A DNA stretch of 64,000 bases from Adineta vaga (GCA_021613535.1 CP075495.1:4960001-5024000); one strand, 5' to 3'; counted from the stretch's first letter, positions 13,994-28,265 are shown. Made by a program: numbers and translations. The notes: generated by a model not told the origin, from the letters alone.

Positions 13994-16900
13994 TCATTTG
14001 TCAAGGTACATGAAACGAATTGCTAGACTTGTTTTTTGTAATTTTACTACTTTTCGTCTCCTCAACGCATTTCTTGATTGTATATATGCACGTTCCGACG
14101 AGTAATATCAATATGAAAAAGAAATCTCATAATGTCAAGTGCAACGATGAAAATAATTCCACTACTAATAACAGTGATAGCAACAGAAGCAAATGATTTT
14201 GCTACATATTGTTTGATTTGAAGAGATATAACAGTATATTCACAATGTAATCCAGAATGACTCTCAGAGAAACAGATACATTTATAATTAAAATATAAGG
14301 ATTGACAAATGCCTCGATTTGAACAAGTGATATTTTGACAATTGTTAACTCTTCGTTCACAATGATCACCTTCCCATCCATTGATACATGAACAGAAAAA
14401 TCTATTTTCTGATAATGTAGAACAACTACCTAGAAAACAAATGCGATTAAAACGATATCTAGGTAATAGAAAATAAATACAAAACCATGATTCCAACAAG
14501 TTGTCATTTGACATAGTCCAATATTAAGTTCACAATTGGTACCATTAAAGCCTGATTGACACGCACAAATATAACCGTGAGAAATACTTAAATTATTAGT
14601 ACAAATGCCTTGATTTTGGCATGGTTTAGCTAAATCACATGGTACAGATGAAATATTACAAAATGAACCAATTTGATTTGCTTCTGTGCAATTTCTTGGT
14701 ACAAAATTGTGTGGAGGAACTAAAAACCAAAGGAATATATTTGATCAGTAGGAGATCATCAAACTTTTGACGACGATGAATATTTAATAAGACATTCTTA
14801 TTATAGACGTAGATAAAATTGTGTTGTTTTATTTACCTGGTTTCATCGATGTAATAGTATTCAGATTTGAAACTATTCGATTATTTGTTGTTGTTGTATG
14901 ATCTAAATTGTTAATGGACATTCTCGTTGAATCCATAGAACCTAAAAGATGAAGTTTTAAACATTATCGGAATAAAAAGCTTCTTCTTCTTCTTCTTCTT
15001 TCATAAAGTATAATCAGAAAAGACATTTACTATTAAATCGTTTTAGGGTAAAGATCATATTTATTACTTTTAGCTGTTGACGTTGATGCAATACTCGTTA
15101 TCGCTGTTTCTCTCTTGAAAATTGTGGAAAGCTTGTTTGGTTTACTCGTAAATTCTAAGAAATAAAAATTCAATCGTTTCACGGTTTATTACTGAACTTT
15201 TGTTTGATGTTGTATCTACTTTACCGGTAGTTATAGTTCTTGCTGTTATTTTCATAGTTGTAAAAACTGTAGTTGTTTGTGTTGACTGACTGAATGCTAC
15301 AAGAAAGGTCATTGAAATTATTGATTTTTTCAAATAGTTTATAAGAATATGTTAATTAATTTTATGCGAGTAGAATGTTACCGTTTTTTGTTGATAATGT
15401 TGTAGTACTTTGACTTGATATTATGTTCCGAAGAGAAGCTGCAATATAATAAATGATAAAATACCTATTTGATCAAAAGTGAGAAATGAACTTACTGTCG
15501 AATTTAGAAGTTCCCGTTATGGTATCTATTGTAGTTTTCGCAAAAGCTGATGTATGATCTTCTTTTGTAGCTGGTTGCATTGAAGATTGAGAAGAAGAAA
15601 CTAGAAGCAAAGTTTGTTGAAATAAAACAGTTTTTATCAGTAACATGTTGAAACATTTATATCTTACCGGTCTCAATTGTTTCTCTTGCATTCGTTTCCA
15701 TCGTTGAAACAGTACTAGCAATGGTTACGTCATCAACATCTTCCATAGATATGCTTGATGAATAATCAGAATCTAATGAAAGTACATTCACAAATCGATA
15801 ATATTATCGCCAATAAAATATAACTTACTGCATAAATTCGTTGTTAGAACAAATTTCTTTAAACTGTTACTGCCTAGCTCATTTACAAAAATGTTTCCAT
15901 AATTATCAAAACGCATAAATACCGGACTTGACAATACATTAGACGTTACATACAGTAAGCATCCAATCACACATCTAACACCATTAGAACCTGCTACTTG
16001 GATACGATTATTGCCACTATCAACAATAAAGAGATACCCATTACCATCAATGGTTATACCTGTTGGCTTATTGAGTGTACTAGTGGGTATAATTCCAGCA
16101 GGGCCCACTATGGTCGTTCCTAAAGTTTGTCCTAGATGAAAAAGTTGTATTCTATTGTTTCCACTGTCTGTTATGTATAAAGTAAAATTGATATCAACGA
16201 ATATTCCACATGGATTGCTTAGCATAGCGGCAGAAGTTCCAGCAAATTCATTACCAACAACACTGGTGACATTATAAGATTGATTGTTCAATGAATATTT
16301 GAAAACTTGATGAGTTGTTAAACTTGTACAGTACAAATTATATTCGATATCAATGAATAATGATTTACATGTGTTCAATGGATTTATTTCAGTTTTATTA
16401 ATTTGATTCTCAGATATCCATTGATAAACATATTTCGAATATGTATCATATGTTACGTATATATGATTATTAGACATAACAAATAAAGATCGAGGTTGTA
16501 TTAAATTGGTAATTCTTATTCTTATAGGTATATCACTTCCCTCATGAAGTATGAAAACTCTACTGGTGTTCAATACTGCTGTATAGATCGTATTATTTCT
16601 ATCAATGAAAAAATCATAAATAATATCTTGAGGTTCGCCACTAATGGTAATTAGCTCTCCATTTGAATTCCATGTTGAATCAAAACAGAATTTCGGTTGA
16701 TTGTAAGAAACTACTATAGACAAAAACAAAGAACTTGTTAAATCAACTTGACATACATGATATTAGACAAATCAAGAAAGAAAATCATTTTTACCAGGCA
16801 ATTGAGATGATATTGTATTTGCTATTAAGTCATCTGAAAGAAATCATTTACATGTGATCAACTAATTTCGCTATTCATAGAAGTCTTGCTTTGTCTTTGA

Positions 16901-17044
16901 GTAGTAATTGCCATCAATGTAGAAAAACTAATTGTAGGTACAAAAGCTACAGTGAAAAAAGAATTGATAAAATGGTAATAACGATACAAATATAGACGAA
17001 CTCACTGGACTGTTTTTTTGTCGATGAAAATGTAGACGATTCAT
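13994..17044 (-). CDS. NHL-repeat beta-propeller + Ser/Thr-rich stalk + EGF repeats + C-terminal TM protein (multi-exon; start uncertain; probable frameshift near 14095)
   Basis: NHL motifs (LYITDSGNNRIQ, LFIVDSGNNRIQ) 15828-16713; several short S/T-rich exons 14838-15775; EGF repeats 14240-14720; TM FASVAITVISSGIIFIVALD. Confidence 0.85.
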
Positions 17045-18309
17045 CTATACAAAATAGAATTCTATTTACGTCTTTAGTACAATTCATATTTTGAGTTCTC
17101 GAATGTGAAAAAAGCGTATTATACGAACATCAGAACAAAAACCTGTTCACTCACGTGATTGATTGACTACAGAAATAACAACAGGTGGCGTCTGTTCACT
17201 CGTTTCATCAAACAAATGAGTATCACTGCCTTCAACTTTGTTAATTAAACAAACAAAAAATAGAATGAATAACTTTCGAATGACGAATTTTAATCGTTAC
17301 CTAAAACGAATGCGATCAATATAATGATAGTGAACAATAACATTCGTTGATTTCTTATCAAATGTAATAGGTAGAAAAAGAAATGTAAAATTGAAATCAT
17401 AATTATACTTATATCAACAGGAAATAGTTTTTGCGAAGAAAAACCCTATTTATTTGAGATATTTTTATACTATTTCCTATATTATCCTCGATATCTTCAA
17501 TATTCAACGATGCAAATATAAAACATAAGTATAGTATTATATAGTTCAAACATTAGTGCACTTTTTTCAATGAAATATTTTTGTTTAGTCATTAAACATA
17601 AATCATTATTCTTTAATATTAAGATTATTTTCGTGAAACAAAACAAAACAATGACAACAACATTCTTATGTTCGAACACTGTATTTCATTTTGTACACAA
17701 GAAATATAAAGAAGAAGAAGAAGAAGAAGAAATAAGTAAAACCAAGAAATTTGTTTGTTCACAAAACTTTTTCGCTATTTCATGGATTTCTTTTTTGTTG
17801 TCAATATGTTCTTGTTTAAAGCTCAAAGGAATTCATGCCGCTGATGTCTGCTCAGAGAGTTGTAAACAAATATTTGACTAGATGCGCAAAAAGACAAGAG
17901 GAAGAAAAAGAATGAATGAAGAAAACGAAATTTCGAACAAGAAGCAAGAAAAAAAAGTTGGATATTCAAATGAACGAACAACAAACAAAAATAGAGCACC
18001 AACATCATACAAACACACACGCTTACATACACACACACAGAGAAATATATCCTGATTATAGTATTTTATATACAAAATGATCTATATTATGAACATTCTC
18101 TCGAAAGTTTTTCAGAAACAAAAAAAAAAGTTGAGATTCGTCGATGATCGAAGAATATTCACCTAGACATCATCGCCATGCTAAAAATAGAAATAAGAAA
18201 ATGAACATATATATATATATCTAGACATGGTGGAAGAAAAAAGATCAAGCATTAATAATCAAAAGCATTAGAATAAATCACACGTACATGAATCTAAATG
18301 TGTGATACC

Positions 18310-21300
18310 TCAAACATCGGTAGCATTTTTCTTCTTTTTGGACTAAATGAAATCCTCTCATTATTAACTAGAAGAAGTTATTCAAATATTTTACCTTCTT
18401 TGAAGAATGACCATTTTTATAGCCATGTTCTTCAGTATTATTTTCTCCATTATTTGCATTCATCATTGGTGTTGTTTGATGATCTCTGAATTAAGAAAAA
18501 ACCGTCATTAGTCAAGATTAATTGCGATGATAAACAAAATCAAAGGGAAAATATGTCCATACAATACAATCAAAATGTTCACCGACATGATTATATTCAA
18601 GAATTCGAGAGAGAGAGAAAATTCAAGATGATTTTTTTAAAATCGAACTTTGACTTCGATCATCAACAAATATATAAACATATCATGCAACCATAAAACA
18701 TCACATATAACATGAGTCATAGTTCAAAAGAATGAATGAGAAAAGAACCTACTTTCGGATGTTTTTGGTGATACTATAAAAAGGGTTTGGTTTACTTTTA
18801 GTTAGAAAAGATAGGATGAGACAAAAAGTTTCCTAGTACTTACGAATCAGTTGTTTTACTCTTTCCACCAAGTCGATAGACACGTAATATAACACAGATG
18901 GCAACAAAGGCCACAGCAAATAAGATAATACCTAAGATGATACCAATAATAACCCATTTACTTGGTTGATTTCTTCGATAATTTTTTATTAAAGGACTTG
19001 GTGTTGCTGTGATACTACCTATAAAAACAAACTATTAATAGAACTGTTTTTCGACATCACTATATTTATACCACTTTTAGCTTTCAATGTTGTAATACGA
19101 AGTTTTTGTTCGGCTGCACCAGCTTCATTAAATAATTTTACTAGAACTATATAACTTGATGCTGGTTTTAAATCATGTATTTCATATTCGGAAACAGATG
19201 CATCAATTGGTACTGGTGTACTAAATGGTCCATCAGGTTCAAAACTATTTTCATTTTTAGCCTAAGGAAAAAAGGAAACTCAATTAAAATATTTCATAGT
19301 TTGAAAATTGAATATTTACTTTAGCGTATAACACTTCAGCACGAATAATTGGTGCACCTCCATCAGATTCAATGTTCCATTTAATTAAACAACTACGATC
19401 ATTCAAACATGTATCATTTTTATTTTCATCGGTTTTTGTGATTTTAAAATCTGGAATTTGTCTATCTAATGTTCGAAAAGTAGTAGGACTACTTTGTTGA
19501 CCAGTACCAGCACGAGATTTAGCATAGATTGTAAAACGATAAGTAGTACTTGGTTTAATCTTTTCGATTTTTAATACTTGAGATGCTTGTCGAGGATCAT
19601 CAGAATTTGGTTGTGCTAAATGATACACAAATATATAAACATTTTTCGCTCCTTTCAATGAAAATGTCAAGATTTTGAACATGCTTTACCTGGAAAAGTT
19701 AATGTTTGTGCTTGATCATCTGATTTATCAGCTATGCACTATATTTGACAACATATTCCATCAGTGGTAGACCACCAGCTTCTGGTGTTTGAAGAACAAT
19801 ATCGACGCCATTTGTCAATGGTTTTACTTCAGAGACGCGAACCTTTTTCGGTGGTTCAGCACGTTGAAGTGTAAATGAATGTCGTCCAACACGTGGATTC
19901 AGTGCTCGACATTCGAAACTAATTCCAAAATCACGTTCATTAGGTGTATACTAAACAAAAAATTTCAAAGATTTTCAACTCAAATTTTAAAAAAGAAAGG
20001 AAGAATCTACCGAAAGAACACTTTCAAATAGTGCTGATCCAAGTTGTTTGGTGGTTATATCATTCACACCATTATCTACATCGACAGCTAGTATTCGTCC
20101 TTCAGGATCTTGAACAGTTCGTACCATTTTAATCCATTGTATATGTGGTGGTGGATAGGATTCGAATTGACAACGCATAACAACTCGATAATTGGGAATT
20201 GTTGAAACAACTTGAATATTTGGTCCAACAAAAACCGGTTGAACTAAAATCGAATCGAATGATAATTAATAAATAAAATTCTAGATTAACTTACATTGAA
20301 TATGAAAACTAGCAATTGAATAAGAAGTATCAGCAAGATTCTTTGCAACACATGTATAATTTCCAAAATGTTCACGACGAACAGGTTCAAAACGTAATTC
20401 AATTAATTTGTTTGATTCTAATCGTGTTTTCTCAATATAAATTCCATTTGTTGATTGTATCGGTGTATTATTTAGATATTGCCATTCTAATGAAAGACTT
20501 TCTGATGAACCACGTTCAACACGACATTCAAATGAAACACGTTGAGGATGTTGTTCATCAAGATTGATTTCAATAGGAGCCATCGGTGATAAACGTGGTG
20601 GAACTAAACAGGCATATACCAAATTTTACAATTGTAAAGATTCGATCACTAAATGATCGGACTGTTCGTACTTACCAATAACATTTAAATTATATTCAGC
20701 TCGAAGACCCCTATTATCATATTCGTTATAAGCATGACATGAATATTTTCCATTATCGGTTTCATCAACATAATTAATCGTTAATTGATTACCTCGTACA
20801 ACAAATTTTGCTACTTCACTTGCACCGACAGGTGAATCCTAAATTTAAATAAATATGTATGTTTATTTCTTTTTCCTTGTGGAAAAAAACATCAAACAAA
20901 AGAAACTGTCTAGTCACACATCGGGGGGCGGTACAATGGCACACATATATATACACACACACACACACACGTGCATTGAGTCAGTCAGAGTACACACAAA
21001 ATATCTACTATGAGCATCATGCTGATAGGATAACCTTTTGTTTTGGTTGATTGATTTATGTCCGCCCCCTTTGCTGTTTTTTCTTTCACTCACACGCTGT
21101 TTTCCGTCTGTTGTAAAAATATTCGATACGAAATTATACAATGCCATAGTTAGATTTACTGGAATCAGTTCTATGTCGTGTCTCTGAATGTAGAGGTGAG
21201 AGATAGAGAGAGAAAGTCAATGACTTGAAAATAATATGATTAGTTGAAAAAATAATCAGAAACTGATACTGATTTCTACAGATTAAATCAAACAAAAAGA

Positions 21301-23388
21301 AAACGTCTCTTTGAATGTTACCGAATTTGCTAAAACATTGATCTGAATGGAAAAAAATAATAAAAGGGAAGACGGTTATAAAAACAAAATAATAATAAAA
21401 GTATAATAACTTTTAAATTCACTACAAAAATAAAATAAAATAATAGTAAATAAAGAAACAGACATGCATACATCACGATCACTCAAATAAAGAACTATCA
21501 TGCTGATAGATAGATAGATAGATAGATAATGTATCTCTTTAAATTTTTTTTTCTAGAAAATCTTACTTTGACAGGTCTCAATTCATCTGCCTATAGATCA
21601 AGGATGAGATTATGTTTTAGTTGTATTGATAGTTGAGAAGAAGAATATTTTTAATGAAAATAAACCTACCGATCCATAATACCATGCAAATTTTGGTGGT
21701 GGTAAACCAGTTGCATCACAAACTAATGTTGCTGTCTTTTTTTCAATAGCACATGGTGTAGCACAAGTAATACGAGGTTGAGTGACAGATTCTAAGCAAT
21801 TGAAATTAAAATGTAAATAAAATTTATCAAAATTTTAATGCTATTCTTTTACTTGAAATCACAACAGTTATTGGAAAATCTCTTGATTCGCCTGTTTCAA
21901 GTACATCAGCACGACACCAGAATGTTTCATTATCAGACATTTCTACTCGATTAATTTTTAGGCCATCATGAACACGTGTATAGTATGGTCCATCTAAAAT
22001 ACAGCAATAGAGGGGAAAAAAAGAGATTTTACACAATTATAATCCAATAGTTTCTTTTTTCAAACACTATACCAATTCGAGTTTTATCTTGTCCTTTAAA
22101 CCAAGACACTTCGGCTGCTGGACTTGCTTGTACATGGCATTTAATCGTAACTGCTTCTCCAAGAGCTGCATATTGTATAGAATCACCATGAAATGTAATT
22201 GGAACTGAAAGCAAAGAAAAAAAAAGAAGATGAATGATCTCAATAATTTTTTTGTCATATTCAATCAACCTTTAATTGTCAGTTGGAAAGATTTTCGACT
22301 TTGTCGACCACTACTATCCGTACCCAAACATTCCCATGTACCTATTCAAAATAAAGATGAAGACATTGATGTTATCAAGAATGAAGATAGAAGTCTTTGA
22401 TGCAGACGATTGCCGGAACGATTTATGTTGCAACTTCCGGTCTTTGAACTATTGACAATGTCCGAATGAAATTGAAGTGACGGTCAAACAAATCGTATGA
22501 GCAGAGTAATTTTCTAAGATTCTTTGCAATTTAAAGAGAAAAGATCGGAACGTGATGATTTCATTCATTTAATCATAAAAAGTGCGGAAATAGCTTAGAT
22601 GAATTGTATCCTATATGATCTCCTTATCGTCGCGACCAATGTCTTTATAATAGTTCATTCTTATAATTACTACAATTAAAGTCGAATGCAATATATACCT
22701 TGATCATCTGTTGTTAAATTACGAATACGTAATCGAATTTCATTTGTTTGTCTTTCAATAGTTACACTAAAACGAGAAAGAAAATGTTTTTTCTTGGGTA
22801 AATAATCTTCTCCTTCTTCTAAAAACATTGCTCATCTTTTATTACCGATCATGTTCATTTTCAGGTACATCTCCATGTTGTGGTGATCTCCATCCAATCA
22901 CACGACTACTGGATTGTCCAGTACATGAAGCAACAAATGATCGATATTGATCTCTTGTCAATGATGTTTCAGCTGGTTTAATAATCAATTCACTTTGAAT
23001 TTGTGCTAGAACTATTGAAATAAAAATAATAAAATAGAAGTCTTCAATTGTTCATTATCGATCCTTTTCTTCTCTATTGTTCGTTTAATCAATGGTCAGA
23101 TACCAAAATGAAAAACGAGACCAATCATATGGATGAAAGGTCAAAGAAGAAAAAAAACAGGTCTATAAAGATATATCCTAATGACAAAATGATCGAACTG
23201 CCATCAGGTGTCGTCGTATTTCAAGAGAATAATGAGGATTCATCAATCTGACTATTATTATTTCAACTGTGCCCATATGTCCATAAGTCAACATTAAAGA
23301 GTTTGTCTATGATTTATGAGTGAATATAGAAAGCACGTCTAAACTTACATAGCGTTGTTACTGCGAACACCAACAATATGGAAAACAT
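18310..23388 (-). CDS. Fas2: Fasciclin-2/NCAM-like cell adhesion molecule (signal peptide, 5 Ig, 2 FN3, TM, cytoplasmic tail ending TDV); carries a 1-nt deficit near 19735
   Basis: ATG 23388 MFSILLVFAVTTL; Ig C/W motifs (DDQGTWEC, DNGKYSC, HFGNYTC); FN3 motifs (IKPSTTYRFTI, LKPASSYIV); TM WVIIGIILGIILFAVAFVAICVIL; exons spliced by hand. Confidence 0.88.
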
Positions 23389-26300
23389 CGTTTCTAATGA
23401 TTGTCTATATTAGTCCGTCAGTTGTGAAATCAATGAATGACGTATTAAAAACAGAAAAAGAAAGAGAAGCACAAAAAAAGAATATCTGAAATAAGACAAA
23501 GAACAAATATATATATATAGACTGATTAAAAAAAGAAAGTCACAAAATGTTATATAATACATTCAGTGAAAAAATCACATATTCCTGTTGCATGCATCGT
23601 TGCATGTAAATTATCTTACCGTCTATGATCGGCATTGTAATCTTTTTATTTAGTATATGATTTGTATGCCTGGTTGCGTGAGTCGAAGTTATATTATTAT
23701 CAAGAGGCTTCGATTTTTGTATTTAAACTTTACTATTAACTACACAAGATCTTTATCCAATCTGTATGTATATACACGCGTGCTCATGTCTATGTGGTAT
23801 AGAAGAAGAAAAGAAGAAAAAAAAACTCGAGAAAGAAAATGACAACCTTTTCGTCTTCACACGCCGTGCGAACACAGCGCAGCGCGCTCGATAAGTGAGT
23901 ATCTATGAGTAATTGTGGTTGAAAAGAAAGAAAGAAAGAAAAAATACGAGAAGCAAAGAACGACAAACTCGAATGCCCGGGTAGTTTTTTTTATAGATAT
24001 ATTTTCTCTTTTTCTGTTGTTATTCCTTTCCATCGCACTCTTATGCCAATAGAACACAACTCCATCTTCTTTTTGTATTCCGATATGTTGCGTAAACTAT
24101 GTATGCATTGCGTATAATGTAACAATGTCGAACAGACAAAAAAATACATGTAGAAAGAAAAAGAAATTAAGAATCGATAAACACTGTCATTGCTATTAAA
24201 AAAACTAAATCTCATTTTATTTCTCATTACAGCTTCTATTCTCATAATCATAATAAAAACGAAATTATCACTAATTTAGAAGCAATTTTTTTTTTGCTTG
24301 ATTGTATATATGTATATATATCTAATGATGTATATTATGAAAAGTTATATTAACAAAAAAAAAAAGAAGAGAAAATTTGATCTACGAGATAATCATGTAA
24401 ACGATGATGAGTTGTGTAAGTCTAATAGAATTTAGAAATAAACATTGGCAGTTGTTGATGACTGATCGACAGGAACATGCATACATAGCGCATTTTTTTA
24501 CTACACAGCACGGATTAGGTCAGTCACACATGTACTTACTATCCTATGTTCATTAACTTTCAGTCGTACTGTGCATAATTAAAGGGAATGTGAGAATAAG
24601 AAAAGGAAAAAATGTGACGGTGGACAACAAAAACATTAACGACCGGAAATGCGTCGATGATCTTCTACCTATAGAGTTAGACTAGCGCGACATATGTCCA
24701 GTACTGAATAGATTGAACAATGGTCGGATCGCGTGTATGCATGTGTGCACTCCGAACATGTGTGCAATGGAGATCATCGAAGCAATGAAGAAAGAAAGTC
24801 TTCTTTTCTTTCAATGTGTACTTTAGTATACGAATGTGGACGAATAATGAATTATTGATCAAATCATACGATGGACGAAACAAACGGACTCTATATGTAT
24901 GTCCACATCATCTTCATCAGAGAGATTAGCGTTTGTGTGTGTGTATGTATATATATGTACAAAAAAAATCGAAAGAGAGTCCTCTTCGTCGTATAGTATT
25001 TGCTCACGCAGAGGAGAATCGGCATGCTCTTGTGTATGAATATGTGTATACTCTATTCTTCATCACCATCATGCTAATCGCAGTAGGTGTACAACAGAAA
25101 AAAACGAGAGAAAAGAGGAAAAAAAATAAAACCCAGAGTGAATTCACCTTGACAATAGGTGAATAAATGAGTGGTCCCTCCTTCTCTCTGTTGTTTCAAT
25201 TGACTGGACGTGAATATATTGATGTATAAAAAACGAAAGCTTTTTATATATTTTCTCTTTTCTTCTATTCTTACCGACGTAGGAGAAAAGAATTAATAGG
25301 AAAAGATTATCGGACAGGTGTACATCAAGTTTACTAATGAGATGATGTAAGCATAGTTTCTTTCCGTCACTTATCAGAGTATATATACGAGAATGCTATT
25401 TGACTGTCTGTCCAAAAAGAAAAACTCGACATAGAATAAATTATTAAGATTTTTCTTGTCTCTATCTTTCTCTTTTTCTTTCCTTTTTTTTTATTCGCCA
25501 CACACGCTTTGGCCAGCCAACAGCTACAATTAGCTATCTTTACTAACGTTTGATCCTAGCTTGAAGGCAAATGGTAGTGGTGATCTCTACTCATATCGAC
25601 TCCGTCGAGTGGTTAAACCACTTGAAGACGGAAGTTGTTCGCTCGAGCTCGTTATCATAAATGCAAAATCATTATCGACATCATTGTCGTTCCTTTACAT
25701 CAATCAAATGTAACATGTGTACTACTCGGATATGCAAAAATGTCTGATTTTTATATCTATGCCAGAATGTTTAATCATCAATACAGTAGGATATAGACAT
25801 TGTCCATTAACTGTGAACACATTAACCTATGTGAAATCTCATCGAATATGAGAGATCTTAGGTGTATGTGTACGTTGCTATATGATCTCTCAAGAGAATG
25901 ATTGTCAAAATGGACAGAGAAGGAGAGAGAGAGTGCGAGAGAAAAAAAACCTGGCATAAGTTGTTAGACAGATAGATGAACGAAAGGTGAAATAGCTAAA
26001 GGTGTATAAATGTACATGAACAATTGATACGTACATCGGAGGAATAATGATGACTGACTCTAAGCCTCATTTTGTACTGCGGCAAAAAAGGGATTATAGT
26101 TCGAAAGCGGACACATTTCTTCTCTTTCTATCCATTAATTAGAGATGATGAGATATGTTCGATTACATAATATAGACATCTAACTATAAGCATCTGACTG
26201 GAAATATGATCAAACATATTTTCGTTGGAAATATGTTCGATATTTCGAGTTGAAATTGTACATACGTACATGATTAACTTTTTAATTTGACACGCGACAT

Positions 26301-28233
26301 GCCGCCAAACGTAAATTAACCTTCTACTCAGTATATCCGCTTACTACTTACCTGCATTCTTTAACTGTCGGCCATAACAAGAAAGACTAATCGTTGTCGT
26401 CGTCTTCTCATTGTGAACGCTAGTTGTATGTTATTTTAATATATTACTCACCCGCCTCAATCTCGGTTACAGAAAAAAAGGACTATCATGATTGACAATT
26501 TTAACGAGAAAAAGGTCAAATTGCACGCCTATATATATATATATATCATTCAAATAAATACATGCGAGACAAAATCATTAATCACTAGACAGACTGACGA
26601 GTTGAAGACCGGAAATTCGTGTAACGACATTCGCTTGAATTCTTCTTCAAAATGGAAAAAAATTGAGTTAGATCAAGAGAACAAATTCTGAAAATGATCT
26701 AACACACACATACTCCAAAAAAGAAACTTGATTGATGTCCATTCATATGACTATCTCTTAAATACATACTCATGTCTTATTTTCTTTTGATAAGTGAAGA
26801 ATGGCAATTATATGATGGTGTAAATCTCTGAAGACGCTATCTTCAATTGTACACTGTGCTAATCCAATGACCGATCATAGCATGAACCCCCCAATGATTA
26901 GTAAGGGCAGTGGAATCGAAATAATATTTGCATAACGTGATCGACTTGTCGTCTGGTGCCACTCATTGAAATTCTCATGTCATTTTTTTCTTCTCTTTTT
27001 TCTTGCTTACACACACACACACACACGCTCTCTCTCTCACTCGTTCTAATTCAATACAGTTTATGTTTGTCTAGTTCAAATATTTCTTTTGCTTTCTTTA
27101 CACACCTTTTGTCTTCATCTCAAATAGACAGACATAATCAAGATTCGATGCGATAAAATGAAGTGTACCAAGAGACTAGGATGATTTCAATAATGATGAT
27201 ATGATGAACTTCTGACTCATTGGATGAGACAGAGAGAGAGAGAGAGAGTGAGAAAAAAAGAAACAGAAGAGATGTGATTGATGACAAAGCAAGATGGCTA
27301 ACATCAAAACAATGAATGAATGAATGAACAAACGAATGAATACATACAGAGTACAACAAGAAATACGAGGACATTCTGTTTATTCATCTAAACAATATGT
27401 ACATCGATTATAGCAATGACTAACCAGAAGGATGTTTCATTTAGAATATATTGTTATTATTTCCCGGAGACATTTTGTTTTCTTCATTTCGTCTAATCCA
27501 TTAAAAAGAGAAAGAATACATCCGTATTCTGTTTTTGATATTGGATATGCTATATCTATATGTACACGGAAACAAGAGTCGAAACATGTGCAAAGTGTTG
27601 AATGTTCAATCAAGCAGTAATAGTAGGAACGTTCGTTCGCTTACTCGCTCACAAGTATGAACTGATCGAAATTAATCTGGCAGTTACTCTCATCGTGATC
27701 ATGATCATGATCATCATCAACACGAGTTGGGCCGTCACGAACAAACTCATTGCCGCAGGTGTTAAAATAAGGATATAATGAAAAGAAGAGGGAGGAGGGC
27801 GTCATCATCAGTTGATCAATGCATATATACATACTTGAGTTTGAACAACTGACCGGTGGTCACTATTCTCAAATCACATACATTAAATTATCTTCAGGCA
27901 AGAAGACAGAGAATGAGGAAAAGAAAGAATATTCATTAAAATCTAAGTGAGAAAAATGGATACTTCTTTCTTTCCTTTATAATTTAATCAACTATAAAAT
28001 AGCTTTTACTATCTTCATAATGATCTTTACAGATTTAATTTCAAGAAAAACATTAGATTGATACATCTATTATATAGAGACTGAAGAAGAGACGTATTCA
28101 TCTCTTTGTACAAATAGAAATCCTATGATCGATGCTATCGTCTTTATCTATTTGTCAACATGTATCGATGTCTTGTGCTTCGATTACTCATAGAAAGGTC
28201 AAAAATCGATGTTCATCAGTGGTAATGACTGAC

Positions 28234-28257
<24 letters not shown>
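28234..28257. repeat. (TA)n microsatellite
   Basis: Direct reading. Confidence 0.9.

Positions 28258-28265
<8 letters not shown>

Noticed and set aside
16947-17005. Apparent frameshift in a T6 run within a hydrophobic stretch at the 5' end of the NHL gene
   Set aside because: A canonical 59-nt GTGAGT...TAG intron restores the frame without any indel
20987-21107. Further micro-exon candidates (13-14 nt) in the Fas2 Ig3 intron
   Set aside because: Not multiples of 3 individually; weaker splice signals
26151-26221. miR-190-like arms
   Set aside because: Only 13 bp of pairing with a loop of about 44 nt; miR-190 is normally inside a talin intron
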